52,178 nucleotides of DNA from positions 1-52,178 of IMG/VR virus record IMGVR_UViG_3300034091_000652. The stretch is one strand, 5' to 3'. A model generated the notes under the pieces. That model did not search any database. It had not been told where the DNA came from and worked only from the letters and a program-made list of their open reading frames with translations. The position numbers and the translations under genes were made by a program. Origin of the DNA: a virus (Duplodnaviria > Caudoviricetes). Shown here in pieces: positions 27,395 to 36,689 of the stretch. How positions within the stretch are numbered: the first letter of the stretch is position 1; every line of letters begins with the position of its first letter.

Positions 27395-28381
27395 TTATGA
27401 CGCAGCTTCCAACTCAAGCCTTAATTTATAGGTATCTAATTCCAGCTTCCGTGCCTCTTCCTTTTCTTTGGCAATCCGCGCCTCCTCTGCTTGCTCAAGC
27501 TCCCTTTGATGGTCCAGCATTGAGCGGACTGCGCACGAGGTTGAAGTATATGCAGGATAAGTCACTGGAGAAATGTCGTAAATCTTATCGAATTGCTGAA
27601 TTGAGCGCCTCCACATCCCGCTTCCATCCGATTCTTTCTGCCATGTGTCTCCGCCATCCGCAACATTAAAACTGAATGAGCATTGATTGATGTCACCGCG
27701 CTTCATTGATATCATCAGATCCCGGGCTGCCTGTGTATCCGGAGGATCGATCTCGAAGGCGAGGCCTCGCTCATCTTCCTTCAGTCGTAAGGTGCCGGCC
27801 TTTGTGCGGCCAAGGACAAGATTCGGATCATGATTGATGAGGGCTCGAACATCAGAACAGGCAAGTGCTGCCCCGAAAGCTCCCGGGCTGATCGATTCCC
27901 GGAATCCACCCAGATCTTCGCTTTGACTATTGAAGAGAGCAGCATATCCTCTGATCGTAGGAGTCTTTTTGCCGTATCCAGGCTCGTCGACGCGGAGCTC
28001 GATGCTCAAGGTTCGTGTTTCGGGGTCGGCAGCCAGACTGCTTTTCTGCTTATCGCCATCAATTTTCTTCAGGAGCTCGCCAGCTGCGTCATAAATCTCG
28101 GTCGCACCCTCCTGGCCGGCACGTTGTCGAATCGCGATCAGCCCAGATCGGTAAACTTTACCGTCTTTGCCATAGGGATATCGATATCGCTCTTTCGTTT
28201 TCTCATCGGCCGAAGTGTCCTCGCCAAGGAACCAAAGCGCATATTCGGACCAGTTATCCGTGCCCAGGATCTTATTACCATCCTCGGCATCGAACGACCA
28301 GGATGAGGTCTTGTCGACCTTCCCCTCGGCGATCAGCGAACTTGCATGGCTCCGGCCCTTACTGTTAAACGATACTTTCAT
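27395..28381 (-). CDS. HK97 prohead protease with a ~115-aa N-terminal extension
   Basis: GYAALFN, FRESISPGAF, LINHD..LVLGRT, CSFSF, DISPVTYPAY. Confidence 0.93.
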   Translation of the reverse strand: MKVSFNSKGRSHASSLIAEGKVDKTSSWSFDAEDGNKILGTDNWSEYALWFLGEDTSADEKTKERYRYPYGKDGKVYRSGLIAIRQRAGQEGATEIYDAAGELLKKIDGDKQKSSLAADPETRTLSIELRVDEPGYGKKTPTIRGYAALFNSQSEDLGGFRESISPGAFGAALACSDVRALINHDPNLVLGRTKAGTLRLKEDERGLAFEIDPPDTQAARDLMISMKRGDINQCSFSFNVADGGDTWQKESDGSGMWRRSIQQFDKIYDISPVTYPAYTSTSCAVRSMLDHQRELEQAEEARIAKEKEEARKLELDTYKLRLELEAAS

Positions 28382-28386
28382 AATCG

Positions 28387-28857
28387 TTACCCCTCAATTT
28401 GCACGGCCAGATAACTGTTAATCCCGATTTGGCCGATCTGGGTTATATTGCCCTCGATGACGTTAAGATGATCGTCCTCTTCAATCAAAATCTTTTCCAT
28501 CAGGTCCCGGGTACCGAAGTCCTTAAGCTTGACGGCCAAGTCGACTCCTTCAGTATAGCCTGCGATCGCCGTCAATTCTTTATCCTGGTCGTTGGCGAAC
28601 ATCTCCTCGACATCAGCACCAATATTCACGGCATGAATAATGGCCAGGTCCGGCGTACCATCGAGAAAGAGAATGCGGTCCAGAACCAAGCCGGCATGTC
28701 TCATCTCTGACTTTGCACGATCGAGAATATATGCGGCAAGCCGAGCATATCCCCAATTATCCAGCATTCCCGCGTGGGTAACATATTGAACGATGCCGGC
28801 GTGCTCATCCGCGAGCCTGGCATTCAACATGGCAATGATTTCCGGGTCACCCTTCAT
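28387..28857 (-). CDS. bfr: Bacterioferritin
   Basis: MKGDPEIIAMLN..LADE; EMRHA (E51, heme ligand M52, H54); RILFLDGTP; E94; EEDDH (E127/H130); 156 aa. Confidence 0.92.
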   Translation of the reverse strand: MKGDPEIIAMLNARLADEHAGIVQYVTHAGMLDNWGYARLAAYILDRAKSEMRHAGLVLDRILFLDGTPDLAIIHAVNIGADVEEMFANDQDKELTAIAGYTEGVDLAVKLKDFGTRDLMEKILIEEDDHLNVIEGNITQIGQIGINSYLAVQIEG

Positions 28858-29038
28858 TTCTGGATCCTTTCCAAGACACGATCGCGGCAATTGCAGCTGC
28901 GCGCCATGCAATGCGTATAACTCCGCGGAGACGATCCCATTCAGGGAGATCCTCTCCGGTAATAAGCGATTTACCACCGGTGTTTACTCCATATGCTTCA
29001 TAAGCTGCTTTTGATGCCTGCTCAAGCCGACTGGCCAT
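28847..29038 (-). CDS. Small hypothetical phage protein
   Basis: GGAG RBS; AYEAY...LPEWDRL...AWRAAA; fills the portal-bfr gap. Confidence 0.55.
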   Translation of the reverse strand: MASRLEQASKAAYEAYGVNTGGKSLITGEDLPEWDRLRGVIRIAWRAAAIAAIVSWKGSRNEG

Positions 29039-30347
29039 CAATAGCTCCTGGATGTTTAGCTTTGGGGACTGCATTGATACCCGCCATCTCCAGAGGAATC
29101 ATATTTGACATAATGTAGTGTTTGGTTCCGGACCCATCCGCGATCGGGCTTTCGCCTTCCTTTGCCCTGATCTCATCGGGGCTAATCGAAGCAACACCGA
29201 AACGTGCAGTGTAATAAGCCGCCCTGCCGGCCATGTCCCCACGGAGCATTTCGTCAACATTGAATGCCGCTCGATAGATACCCATCTCTGAAGGATAAAA
29301 GAGATCCCTCTGGATCGCCTGTTCCCAGGAAACGAAATGTGGTTGCATCGTATGAGTGATAAAAGATGCGACAAACTGTTCAGCCGAAGCATATGTGCTT
29401 GCCTTGTCTCCGGAATGCCCTATCAGCACAAGCGGCACCGAGAAGATCCGGGCAATATCCTCAACCTGGAAAGCGCGGGTTTCGAGAAACTGTGCATCCT
29501 CAGAAGTCATGGACAATGTGCTGATGTCCATTCCTTCCTCAAGAATGATTGTTTTGTTAGAATTCCGCACGCCTTGAAACTCTGACCCCAAAGACGATTT
29601 GAGCCGGTCATAAGCATCTTTGCTCAACTTATTCGGGTGCCGGAATGCTTTACTGATCTGCGCACCATTGGAAAATACCCGGGCGCCGTGTTCTTCAGTC
29701 GCCATCGCAAGGCCGATAGCTTCACGGAGTTTCTTTATTGGGTTAATCCCAACAATTCCGTTTGTAGACAAGCCCGTAACATGGAAAACTTCAGACTGCA
29801 GAAGGATCTCCATGTTTGCGTTGATGGGGAAATACTGGAAGAAAAGCTTCGAGCCAGGAGGAGGAGGGGGTGAATTATCGTACATATAATATGTAACGCC
29901 ATTGGGAGTGATGACGAATGGCCATACTCTGTCAGGATGCATTGGGACCAGCTCGTTGATGCCACGCCCTGGAGCTGAAACAATCCGTGCATACCCATTC
30001 CCCCTCAAAAGTACATGAGCCTGCATCATTAATCGGAAATCGTATGCGGTTTGCCACCGGTTCGATTGATACCGCAGCTGTTTGTAAAGCCGATGGGATT
30101 TAGCGATCTCATGACCTCCGCCAGGGAGATCATGCATAGTAAGAAGGGGAAGCATGGCAAGTGTCTGACTGATCCGGTTTACGCACGCAAAAACGGTAGA
30201 CACTCGCAATGCTGTATCAGAAGATACATCCTGGACACTTGCTGTAGAAGGACCACCCCAAAAAGCTGCGAGTGCGGGATCCCCGGGAGACAAACCGATG
30301 ATATCCGCACTCGCCCTTTTTTCAAACGCCCTGCTGAGGTATCCCAT
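29022..30347 (-). CDS. Portal protein, HK97 family
   Basis: VFACVNRIS, LLRGNGYA, ILEEGM, DAQFLETR, IARIFSVP. Confidence 0.95.
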   Translation of the reverse strand: MGYLSRAFEKRASADIIGLSPGDPALAAFWGGPSTASVQDVSSDTALRVSTVFACVNRISQTLAMLPLLTMHDLPGGGHEIAKSHRLYKQLRYQSNRWQTAYDFRLMMQAHVLLRGNGYARIVSAPGRGINELVPMHPDRVWPFVITPNGVTYYMYDNSPPPPPGSKLFFQYFPINANMEILLQSEVFHVTGLSTNGIVGINPIKKLREAIGLAMATEEHGARVFSNGAQISKAFRHPNKLSKDAYDRLKSSLGSEFQGVRNSNKTIILEEGMDISTLSMTSEDAQFLETRAFQVEDIARIFSVPLVLIGHSGDKASTYASAEQFVASFITHTMQPHFVSWEQAIQRDLFYPSEMGIYRAAFNVDEMLRGDMAGRAAYYTARFGVASISPDEIRAKEGESPIADGSGTKHYIMSNMIPLEMAGINAVPKAKHPGAIDGQSA

Positions 30348-30371
30348 TTACCCTCCGCCTCCCGACGGTGG

Positions 30372-30572
30372 TTACTGCACCTGGCCTTTCTTAACAGTTT
30401 TTGCGCTGGCCATGAATATACTGGCCGCAAGAACCAAAATACCTACAACAATAAACATCAACCAAATCTGGATGAGCCAACAGCCGTACCCGATTGAGGC
30501 AACAGCGAGGATAGCTAAAATGTCGGGCAGGTCCGGCAGCTCAATTTTGCTTACGATTTGAGATAAAATCAT
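30372..30572 (-). CDS. Small 2-TM protein preceding the portal gene
   Basis: Hydrophobic 66-aa ORF between terL and portal. Confidence 0.6.
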   Translation of the reverse strand: MILSQIVSKIELPDLPDILAILAVASIGYGCWLIQIWLMFIVVGILVLAASIFMASAKTVKKGQVQ

Positions 30573-30617
30573 AAAATTCCTTTCTTGTCAAGTGAATAAT
30601 CATTCTTAATGAATGAT

Positions 30618-33377
30618 TTAGACGGTAAGAACTCCCCTTTTTTCGTAAACGCTTCCTCCTTCTCCTTCCTGGACAATCCAACGGCCCAGGGCCATGATGA
30701 TCGCAACAACCAGGTCAATCTTATTCTCCTCCCTCTCTTTCCTCGGGAATACATTATCGTTGGCGTCGACCTTGGCCACAACATTACTGAACATCCATTT
30801 CAAGACGGGGTTACCGTCAAAGTGAAACTGCTTCGCCCTGATCAGAGCATCGAGCTCCTTCATCGGCGCCGAGTGATTTTTGACATTCTGAGGGACCTCA
30901 ACCATGTTTATTCCCTCCGCCATCATCCTCAGGCCGAATTGGGCGGCATTCCATGGGTCGAAAGCTTCCTCCAGGATTGCAAACTGATGTGCCCATTCCA
31001 GATTGTCCTTTTCAATCTGCTCATAATCTATGATGTTGCCCGAGGTGACAGTCAGAAGACCGGCGTTCGCCCATCCTTGATATTGTTTATTCTTGGGATC
31101 CCATGCGGTCTCTTCCGGAATATATGGTTTAGCGAAAGCATAATAATGCATCTTGCCTTCAAGCTCTCGCCGGAAGAGAGAGACCAGGCCGGAGATATCA
31201 ATCTTGCTGCCGATGTCCAGAGATGCCATGCATTCAGCACCATTGAAATCCTCGATAGAGAGCGATCGATCAATACAGGCCTCAAGACTTTGCATGTTGA
31301 AATAAGCAGCGGAAGCGCTACACCAAATATCAAGATGCTTAGTTTTGAAATTGTTCTGAAGGTGTGCAGATTGAATTGCCTTGCGCTGTTCAGCAAGTAG
31401 AAACTCATCAGAGACAGATACCCCATAATTCGGGTTTGCCTTTTGTAAAGCCTCCGGAGTGGTCCAATCGTCCTCCGGATCGAGGGTGTAGATTATCCCG
31501 AATACGTCAGGACCGTCGTATGTCCCCTCGAGGACCTTGATTACATCGCTTCTCTTTGCATAGCAGGGACCCCCGAGATTCACTCCTGCGGTGGTAATGA
31601 TGAGAACAAGAGGTTGGGTCCTGGCCCCCATGCCGGTGAGCATGGTTGAATAGAGATCGTCAGTATCGTGTTCATGGAATTCGTCAATCAAAGCGCATGA
31701 TGGTGATGCGCCATCCCCGGGTTTGCCTATGATCGGCTCGAACCTAGACATGTCGGCTGGCCGATTGAGAGTTTTTGCATTCACCTGGATCCCGAAGTGC
31801 TCGCGCATTTCATTCTCACGCTGGGCCATGAGCTTGGCCGGCCGGAATACTTCCCATGCCTGTTTCTCGGTCGATGCTCCACTATATACCTCTGCGCCAT
31901 TCTCATCATCTGCAACAAACATATACAGCCCAACCCCGGAGCCGATAATGCTATTATGTGTCGTTATCAACGAAGTTCCAGCCAAATAAAGGCCACCTTC
32001 AACCTCAATACAGTTCACAATCCGTTCACCAACCGGTTTGACATCAATTATAGTTCGCGCCGCGGATCTCCTCTTGCCCTTACCAATTATCATTTGGCGT
32101 TTTCTTTTCCTATAGACGTTGGCTAAGGGCTCTTCGTCTTTAGCGAAAAAACACACTCTGTATACGACTCCACAATCTCTCCCTTTTATTTTGGCCATCT
32201 TAACGCAAATAGTCGGTTTCATACCAAGTGTGCAAATTAACTGTGCTATATCTTCGGCAAGGGCCTTATATTTAGAAATTATTTCTACCTGTCCGCGTAT
32301 AGTAATATGCCCATCAGTATCAATCAGACCTCTCAATACTTCCAGGCGCTGCATTCGGGACGCGCGCATATATTCAACAGGTATTCGCTTATTCTGGATA
32401 AGACCAAGTTTACGGAATTTGGAAGCAAGACAAACATCTCTGGCTTTTTGTGAACGGTCGCCATCGCTTAAAGCATAAGAAATTGCTTTTCCCTTCCTAC
32501 CCATTATCCGAGATGGGATGCCTTCAGCGTTGATATGGGCAATAATTTCAGCATCAGGACATGTTATCATGGCTGAACGACTCGTTCCATCACCAAGCCA
32601 TGCACCGAGAGTATATGGGGGAACTATGAGATTTAAATCTGGTAAATCAAGAGGTTCACTCGTTCGGATACGGTGAACAAAATCTTTACGGTTCCCTCCG
32701 CGCAAAGTTTCCGCAATCTCCCGAGTATTAACAACAGGGAGAGGTCGACCGTCACGAAATCCGCGTGGCCTTTTGGTGAACCATGTCCTATCGGTCTCCC
32801 ACTCATGGAGCTCATGAGCCAAGATCTCCTCACCACATGAGAATTTGACCATCATGCATTGGCCAGGATAATGCTTTGTAACCCCTGTCACCTTTATAGG
32901 TTTTCCTTTCGGATTAAAAACATAATCTCCTGGTACAAGATCCCCATGGCACTTCCACCCTTCGGGAGTAGCAATCAAAGTTTTGATGTCAAGGGCCTTC
33001 CCATTCTTTCTTGGAACTTCAATGTATGCTTCCCGGAATCGCCGATTACCGTCGGATTTCTTCACCCATCCAAAGATTGTGGTGAATACAAAACATTGCC
33101 AGGCCTCGAGCCGGATCGACTCTTCCCTGGATGCCCAGATCCCTTTTGTATGGGGAAGGTTTTCAAGAAACTTGCAAATTCGTTCAGCCTTGATCTCATC
33201 AAAACGATAGAGGAACACGGCGCTTTTTGACGCTTTTAAATCATCGAGCTGGCGTTGGCATGCGCGCCTAACATATTCACATGCCAGAATAACCCCATTT
33301 AATATGTCTGAAATGTACTGATTTGCAGCATCAATATGAGGTGTTTCCGATTTCGGATTTTTCTTAGCTTTTGCCAT
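30618..33377 (-). CDS. terL: Terminase large subunit containing an intein
   Basis: LEAWQCF, EVPRKNGK|S Walker A split by the intein, LIDEFHEH, ITTAG, KANPN, KIDLVVA. Confidence 0.95.
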   Translation of the reverse strand: MAKAKKNPKSETPHIDAANQYISDILNGVILACEYVRRACQRQLDDLKASKSAVFLYRFDEIKAERICKFLENLPHTKGIWASREESIRLEAWQCFVFTTIFGWVKKSDGNRRFREAYIEVPRKNGKALDIKTLIATPEGWKCHGDLVPGDYVFNPKGKPIKVTGVTKHYPGQCMMVKFSCGEEILAHELHEWETDRTWFTKRPRGFRDGRPLPVVNTREIAETLRGGNRKDFVHRIRTSEPLDLPDLNLIVPPYTLGAWLGDGTSRSAMITCPDAEIIAHINAEGIPSRIMGRKGKAISYALSDGDRSQKARDVCLASKFRKLGLIQNKRIPVEYMRASRMQRLEVLRGLIDTDGHITIRGQVEIISKYKALAEDIAQLICTLGMKPTICVKMAKIKGRDCGVVYRVCFFAKDEEPLANVYRKRKRQMIIGKGKRRSAARTIIDVKPVGERIVNCIEVEGGLYLAGTSLITTHNSIIGSGVGLYMFVADDENGAEVYSGASTEKQAWEVFRPAKLMAQRENEMREHFGIQVNAKTLNRPADMSRFEPIIGKPGDGASPSCALIDEFHEHDTDDLYSTMLTGMGARTQPLVLIITTAGVNLGGPCYAKRSDVIKVLEGTYDGPDVFGIIYTLDPEDDWTTPEALQKANPNYGVSVSDEFLLAEQRKAIQSAHLQNNFKTKHLDIWCSASAAYFNMQSLEACIDRSLSIEDFNGAECMASLDIGSKIDISGLVSLFRRELEGKMHYYAFAKPYIPEETAWDPKNKQYQGWANAGLLTVTSGNIIDYEQIEKDNLEWAHQFAILEEAFDPWNAAQFGLRMMAEGINMVEVPQNVKNHSAPMKELDALIRAKQFHFDGNPVLKWMFSNVVAKVDANDNVFPRKEREENKIDLVVAIIMALGRWIVQEGEGGSVYEKRGVLTV
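31953..32996 (-). mobile_element. Intein (348 aa, Ala1, class 3-type) with LAGLIDADG homing endonuclease
   Basis: Begins ALDIKTLIATPEGW and ends ITTHN followed by Ser; HEW, NCIEV and TTHN give the WCT triad; LGAWLGDG and LRGLIDTDG motifs. Confidence 0.92.
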
Positions 33378-33513
33378 CAAAATTCCCTTCAAACAATCCG
33401 ATCTGTTTCCAAATTCCTACTTTGATTTCCTTTGCTCTACACTTTGGGCCCTTCCGGCGCCGGATGCTTTCAGGATCCTTTAGGCGTCTGTTGCAGAGAA
33501 GGCATCGGGTCAT
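33364..33513 (-). CDS. Small Zn-finger protein (DUF6011-like), not in the ORF track
   Basis: MTRCLLCNRRLKDPESIRRRKGPKCRAK...; ATGA overlap with the terS stop. Confidence 0.65.
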   Translation of the reverse strand: MTRCLLCNRRLKDPESIRRRKGPKCRAKEIKVGIWKQIGLFEGNFDGKS

Positions 33514-33959
33514 ATCGCCCACTTACCTTTTTTGTCCGGCTCTTTCTTTTTCTTGGAAGATACACGAGTACGACTCGCCGGTGTGAGCCCGAACTCCACC
33601 AAAAACTTATGGGCCATCAGCCTGGCATCTTTACTCTCCTTCATCCACATTGATAAATTTTGACGCTCCTTTGAATCCTTAGGTGAACGGCCGATCCTGT
33701 TGATCATATTCCCGGCTTTTACAAAATCTCCCCAGCTCTGGCAATACATTGCGAATGCAGCCATGTCGATTTTGGAAATGAGCCCCATTTCCTCGAGGAT
33801 AGGCGCCATCCTATTCCATTCAACCTTGGCCTCATAAGAAAGGTGATGTGGGATCTCCGGGATCTCTGTTTCTGGATCCGGCTCGTCCGGATTCGTCCTG
33901 CAGGGTTGATCGGTCCCTTTGATGATTTTTAACTTTGTTGGGACTCTTGGCCTTCCCAT
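33510..33959 (-). CDS. terS: Terminase small subunit, P27 family
   Basis: MGRPRVPTKLKIIKG...EWNR...YCQSW...EFGLTPASR. Confidence 0.92.
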   Translation of the reverse strand: MGRPRVPTKLKIIKGTDQPCRTNPDEPDPETEIPEIPHHLSYEAKVEWNRMAPILEEMGLISKIDMAAFAMYCQSWGDFVKAGNMINRIGRSPKDSKERQNLSMWMKESKDARLMAHKFLVEFGLTPASRTRVSSKKKKEPDKKGKWAI

Positions 33960-33974
33960 GGCTTACTCCTTTTC

Positions 33975-34060
33975 AAAGTTTTGCACGCGTAAAAATTTTA
34001 TTCCATGCGCGGTCATGGCCGGATCGACTCTTGACATTGCGACCACCCTGGTGGGGTTAT
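33975..34060 (-). other. Candidate cos packaging region
   Basis: Intergenic between HNH and terS; the minus strand GGGTGGTC...GACCGCGC...TTTTTACGCGTGCAAAA resembles cos regions of HK97-type phages (inference). Confidence 0.4.
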
Positions 34061-34171
34061 AATCCTATCAAATAAATTCAATTGGCCCCCATTATTATGA
34101 TTATTTTTTTGTTGGTTACAACGTTTGCAAGAACATTGTACGTTACTATTCGTGCCACTTACCCATTAAGT

Positions 34172-34570
34172 TTATTCCTTATTCCCGAATCCCTGATCTT
34201 CTCTTGCTGTCTTCGCCGAATGGCATGAATGGCAAAGTGATTGGTGATTATTCGGATCCCAGAACAGTGGATCATTCTTCCCTCTTACTGCTACGATATG
34301 GTCAACGTGTCCACCATGTTCAACGCTGGTTAGTATTCCGTTCCTTAGGCATTCAACACAGAGCGGGTAATCAATCCGGTACTGTTTCGAGTATGCGGTC
34401 CATCTAGCATCATATCCCCTGCTTGCTGCGGTCCCACGTTGCTGATCATACGATTTGCGCAAATTCGCAAACTGATTTGTTTGCTTGACCATATGAGCTT
34501 CACATCTCCCTGATGTAACGAGTTCTGGGCATCCGGGATGAGAACATGGTCGTTTCGGTCGGATCGGCAT
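34172..34570 (-). CDS. HNH endonuclease (terminase-associated, HK97 gp74-like)
   Basis: PCSHPGC, RGYDARW, PLCVEC, VDHI, NHQSLCHSCHSAKT. Confidence 0.93.
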   Translation of the reverse strand: MPIRPKRPCSHPGCPELVTSGRCEAHMVKQTNQFANLRKSYDQQRGTAASRGYDARWTAYSKQYRIDYPLCVECLRNGILTSVEHGGHVDHIVAVRGKNDPLFWDPNNHQSLCHSCHSAKTAREDQGFGNKE

Positions 34571-34602
34571 TGTTTAATCATTCCTTATGAATGAACAAAT
34601 TA

Positions 34603-35496
34603 TTACTTTTCTGACTTAAAGTCAAAAATAAAGCTGCATCCCTTGCATTCACGCTTATCGTTGTTTTCCCCTGTCAATTTAGTCCCTGATCCACACTTTG
34701 GACAACGTGGAACCATTTCTTTCTTATCTTCAGCAGGATTAACCTGCTCATCTTCCCATCGTCGAGCGGTGATCCAACCTTGTGCCATTTTAGGAATAAG
34801 CGATTGGCGGATTAATTCTGAACGCCCTTTAGCTTCGTTTTTTGCTGCCTCAACGATGTTAGCGACCAAGGTCATCGTAAGCTGGGGAATGTCAAGCCAT
34901 GCGTCAATTGCCTCTGCTCTCCCTTTCTTGTAATCAAACGCTTCCCAGAAAAGAATGAAGCTTTCCAACCGTTTGCCTTCGATTTTCCTTCTTTTTTTAG
35001 AAATCCACTCGCCTGATTCGAATTCTTCACCGGCAGGTGAAGAAAGGTCTGTTTCTTTTGTAGTAGTTTCTTTTGTAGTAGTTTCTTTTGTGGGTGCCTT
35101 TTTTGGCAACGACGCATTGCCTTTTTCGGCAACTTCTATTGCCTTTTTTGGCAACGTTGCCTTTTTTGGCAACGCTTCCCATTCAGAATAATGCTTGTTA
35201 ATTTGATAGGTTGTTATTACTTTGTTGCCTTTTTCGGCAATGATTAATTTCATTTCTACAAGCTTCTTGATCGCCCTGATTACATGCTGTTTCGATATGC
35301 CCGTCTCTTGGAATTGTGATAATGCGATCATATCCTGCTTCTTTCCATATCCGAATGTTTTACGTAGAATCAGCAGGAAAATCTGCATTGATTCTCCTGG
35401 GATTCGGATTTTCCATAATGCGTCAAGAAGTTCGTTAGCTATTCGGGTAAACCCGTCCTCACATTGCGGCCCCACAATCAACCCCCATGAAAACAT
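34603..35496 (-). CDS. Replication initiator, lambda O-like
   Basis: DGFTRIANELLDAL...RKTFGYGKKQD; internal iterons; C-terminal CxxC..CxxC; exact start uncertain. Confidence 0.88.
   Translation of the reverse strand: MFSWGLIVGPQCEDGFTRIANELLDALWKIRIPGESMQIFLLILRKTFGYGKKQDMIALSQFQETGISKQHVIRAIKKLVEMKLIIAEKGNKVITTYQINKHYSEWEALPKKATLPKKAIEVAEKGNASLPKKAPTKETTTKETTTKETDLSSPAGEEFESGEWISKKRRKIEGKRLESFILFWEAFDYKKGRAEAIDAWLDIPQLTMTLVANIVEAAKNEAKGRSELIRQSLIPKMAQGWITARRWEDEQVNPAEDKKEMVPRCPKCGSGTKLTGENNDKRECKGCSFIFDFKSEK
35095..35241. repeat. Replication origin iterons (TTGCCTTTTTYGGCAAC-like, 5 copies)
   Basis: Self-complementary GTTGCC-N6-GGCAAC-like units at ~35095, 35117, 35139, 35156 and 35224, inside the O-like gene as in lambda ori. 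Confidence 0.82.
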
Positions 35497-35521
35497 TAAA
35501 TAAATTGCAGATGTGAGATTA

Positions 35522-35683
35522 TTAAAAAACCGCTAACGTCTCCTCCGCTTCGATTAAATCATGAAGATCGACGACCTTATCCTCAATTTCCTGGAGTTGT
35601 TCCTTGATGGCACAGACACTGCCAAGAAGAGATTCATGTATCTCTTTCAGCGCTGAAAGATTTGATATCGGAGCAGTCAACAT
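35522..35683 (-). CDS. Small coiled-coil hypothetical protein
   Basis: AGGAG RBS; manual translation MLTAPISNLSALKEIHESLL... (53 aa). Confidence 0.5.
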   Translation of the reverse strand: MLTAPISNLSALKEIHESLLGSVCAIKEQLQEIEDKVVDLHDLIEAEETLAVF

Positions 35684-35718
35684 GGTTTCTCCTTTTGGAT
35701 TTAATAGTTATACGCCAA

Positions 35719-36198
35719 TCATTCCCACGCCGAATCATCGATTATGGGCATTATTGCCGTTACCTGAGCTGCGTTGAGATCGTTCGGCAATTCCTTGAGT
35801 TTTACTTTGTGGAATTCCAACTTGCAATCTTCCTCCAGAAGCTCCGTGAATTCTTCCAGTTGTTTCAGGTGGGTATCGATTGCTTCTTGATGCTCTGCTT
35901 GGAGAAGTGCTATTTCAGCATCGAATTTAACACGATTTTCGCCGGTTATGATGAAATTATTGTTCTCTTGCTTGGGCGATTCATCTTCATTTTTATCTGC
36001 ATATTGCTTGGCAAGCTCGATCCGCTTTGAATCATATTCCGTATAACCAAGTTTAGGATCCCGCAGTTTCTGGATCAGTTTAAGCTCTGATATAACCAAA
36101 TTAAGGTTCTTGGCCACAGCATAGGCAAATTTGAGCCCCGGAAGATTGGTTACCTGATTTAGCCCTTGATGAAGCGAGAACAACTCCTTGTTTTTCAT
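35719..36198 (-). CDS. Hypothetical phage protein
   Basis: 159-aa ORF with RBS; helical and charged. Confidence 0.7.
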   Translation of the reverse strand: MKNKELFSLHQGLNQVTNLPGLKFAYAVAKNLNLVISELKLIQKLRDPKLGYTEYDSKRIELAKQYADKNEDESPKQENNNFIITGENRVKFDAEIALLQAEHQEAIDTHLKQLEEFTELLEEDCKLEFHKVKLKELPNDLNAAQVTAIMPIIDDSAWE

Positions 36199-36234
36199 TC
36201 GGGAATCCTTTCATAGTTTAGGGGTGGGGAACCA

Positions 36235-36261
36235 AAAAGAGGGGAGGGTCTCTCCCCTCTT
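36235..36261 (-). terminator. Intrinsic terminator
   Basis: AAGAGGGGAG-loop-CTCCCCTCTT with a U tract on the minus strand. Confidence 0.6.
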
Positions 36262-36284
36262 CGCTTCAGAATAATCAATAATTT

Positions 36285-36608
36285 CTATGATGTCGTAGAA
36301 GTCTCCGGCGCAGTTGGAGCTGGCGTCGTTGCAGGTGCCGGAGTTGTAGTGGGCAATGCCGCCTCAACCGTGTTTGACATGGCCTCAACCGTCGCGTCCA
36401 TAGTTGCCAGATCAGAATCGGCAAGGGGTTGGCCAGCCTGTAGGGTACTAATCGTTCCTTGAAGTGTAGTGATCTGCCCTTGGAGAGTTGAAATTAGCGT
36501 AGAGATCTGCGACTGAAGTGTCGAAAGATCCTGAGAGAGTTTCTGTGCTGCAGCATCCATATGTTTCCCCTTAATAAATGGTTGTAAAGCTTGGGTTAGG
36601 TTTGTCAT
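36285..36608 (-). CDS. Coiled-coil protein with a Pro/Thr-rich tail
   Basis: Heptad repeats (LSTLQSQISTLISTLQGQITTLQG); start may be MDAAAQ. Confidence 0.6.
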   Translation of the reverse strand: MTNLTQALQPFIKGKHMDAAAQKLSQDLSTLQSQISTLISTLQGQITTLQGTISTLQAGQPLADSDLATMDATVEAMSNTVEAALPTTTPAPATTPAPTAPETSTTS

Positions 36609-36689
36609 TGCCTGGTTGACATTGTTAATTGCCTGAAGGGTTGATAATGGTGGTGGAGTTATCGCAATGTTTGTTTACCTCCTTTCTGG

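Noticed and set aside
28387-28977. 196-aa extended bacterioferritin
   Set aside because: The canonical MKG start at 28857 gives the standard length, and the extension overlaps ORF 28847-29038
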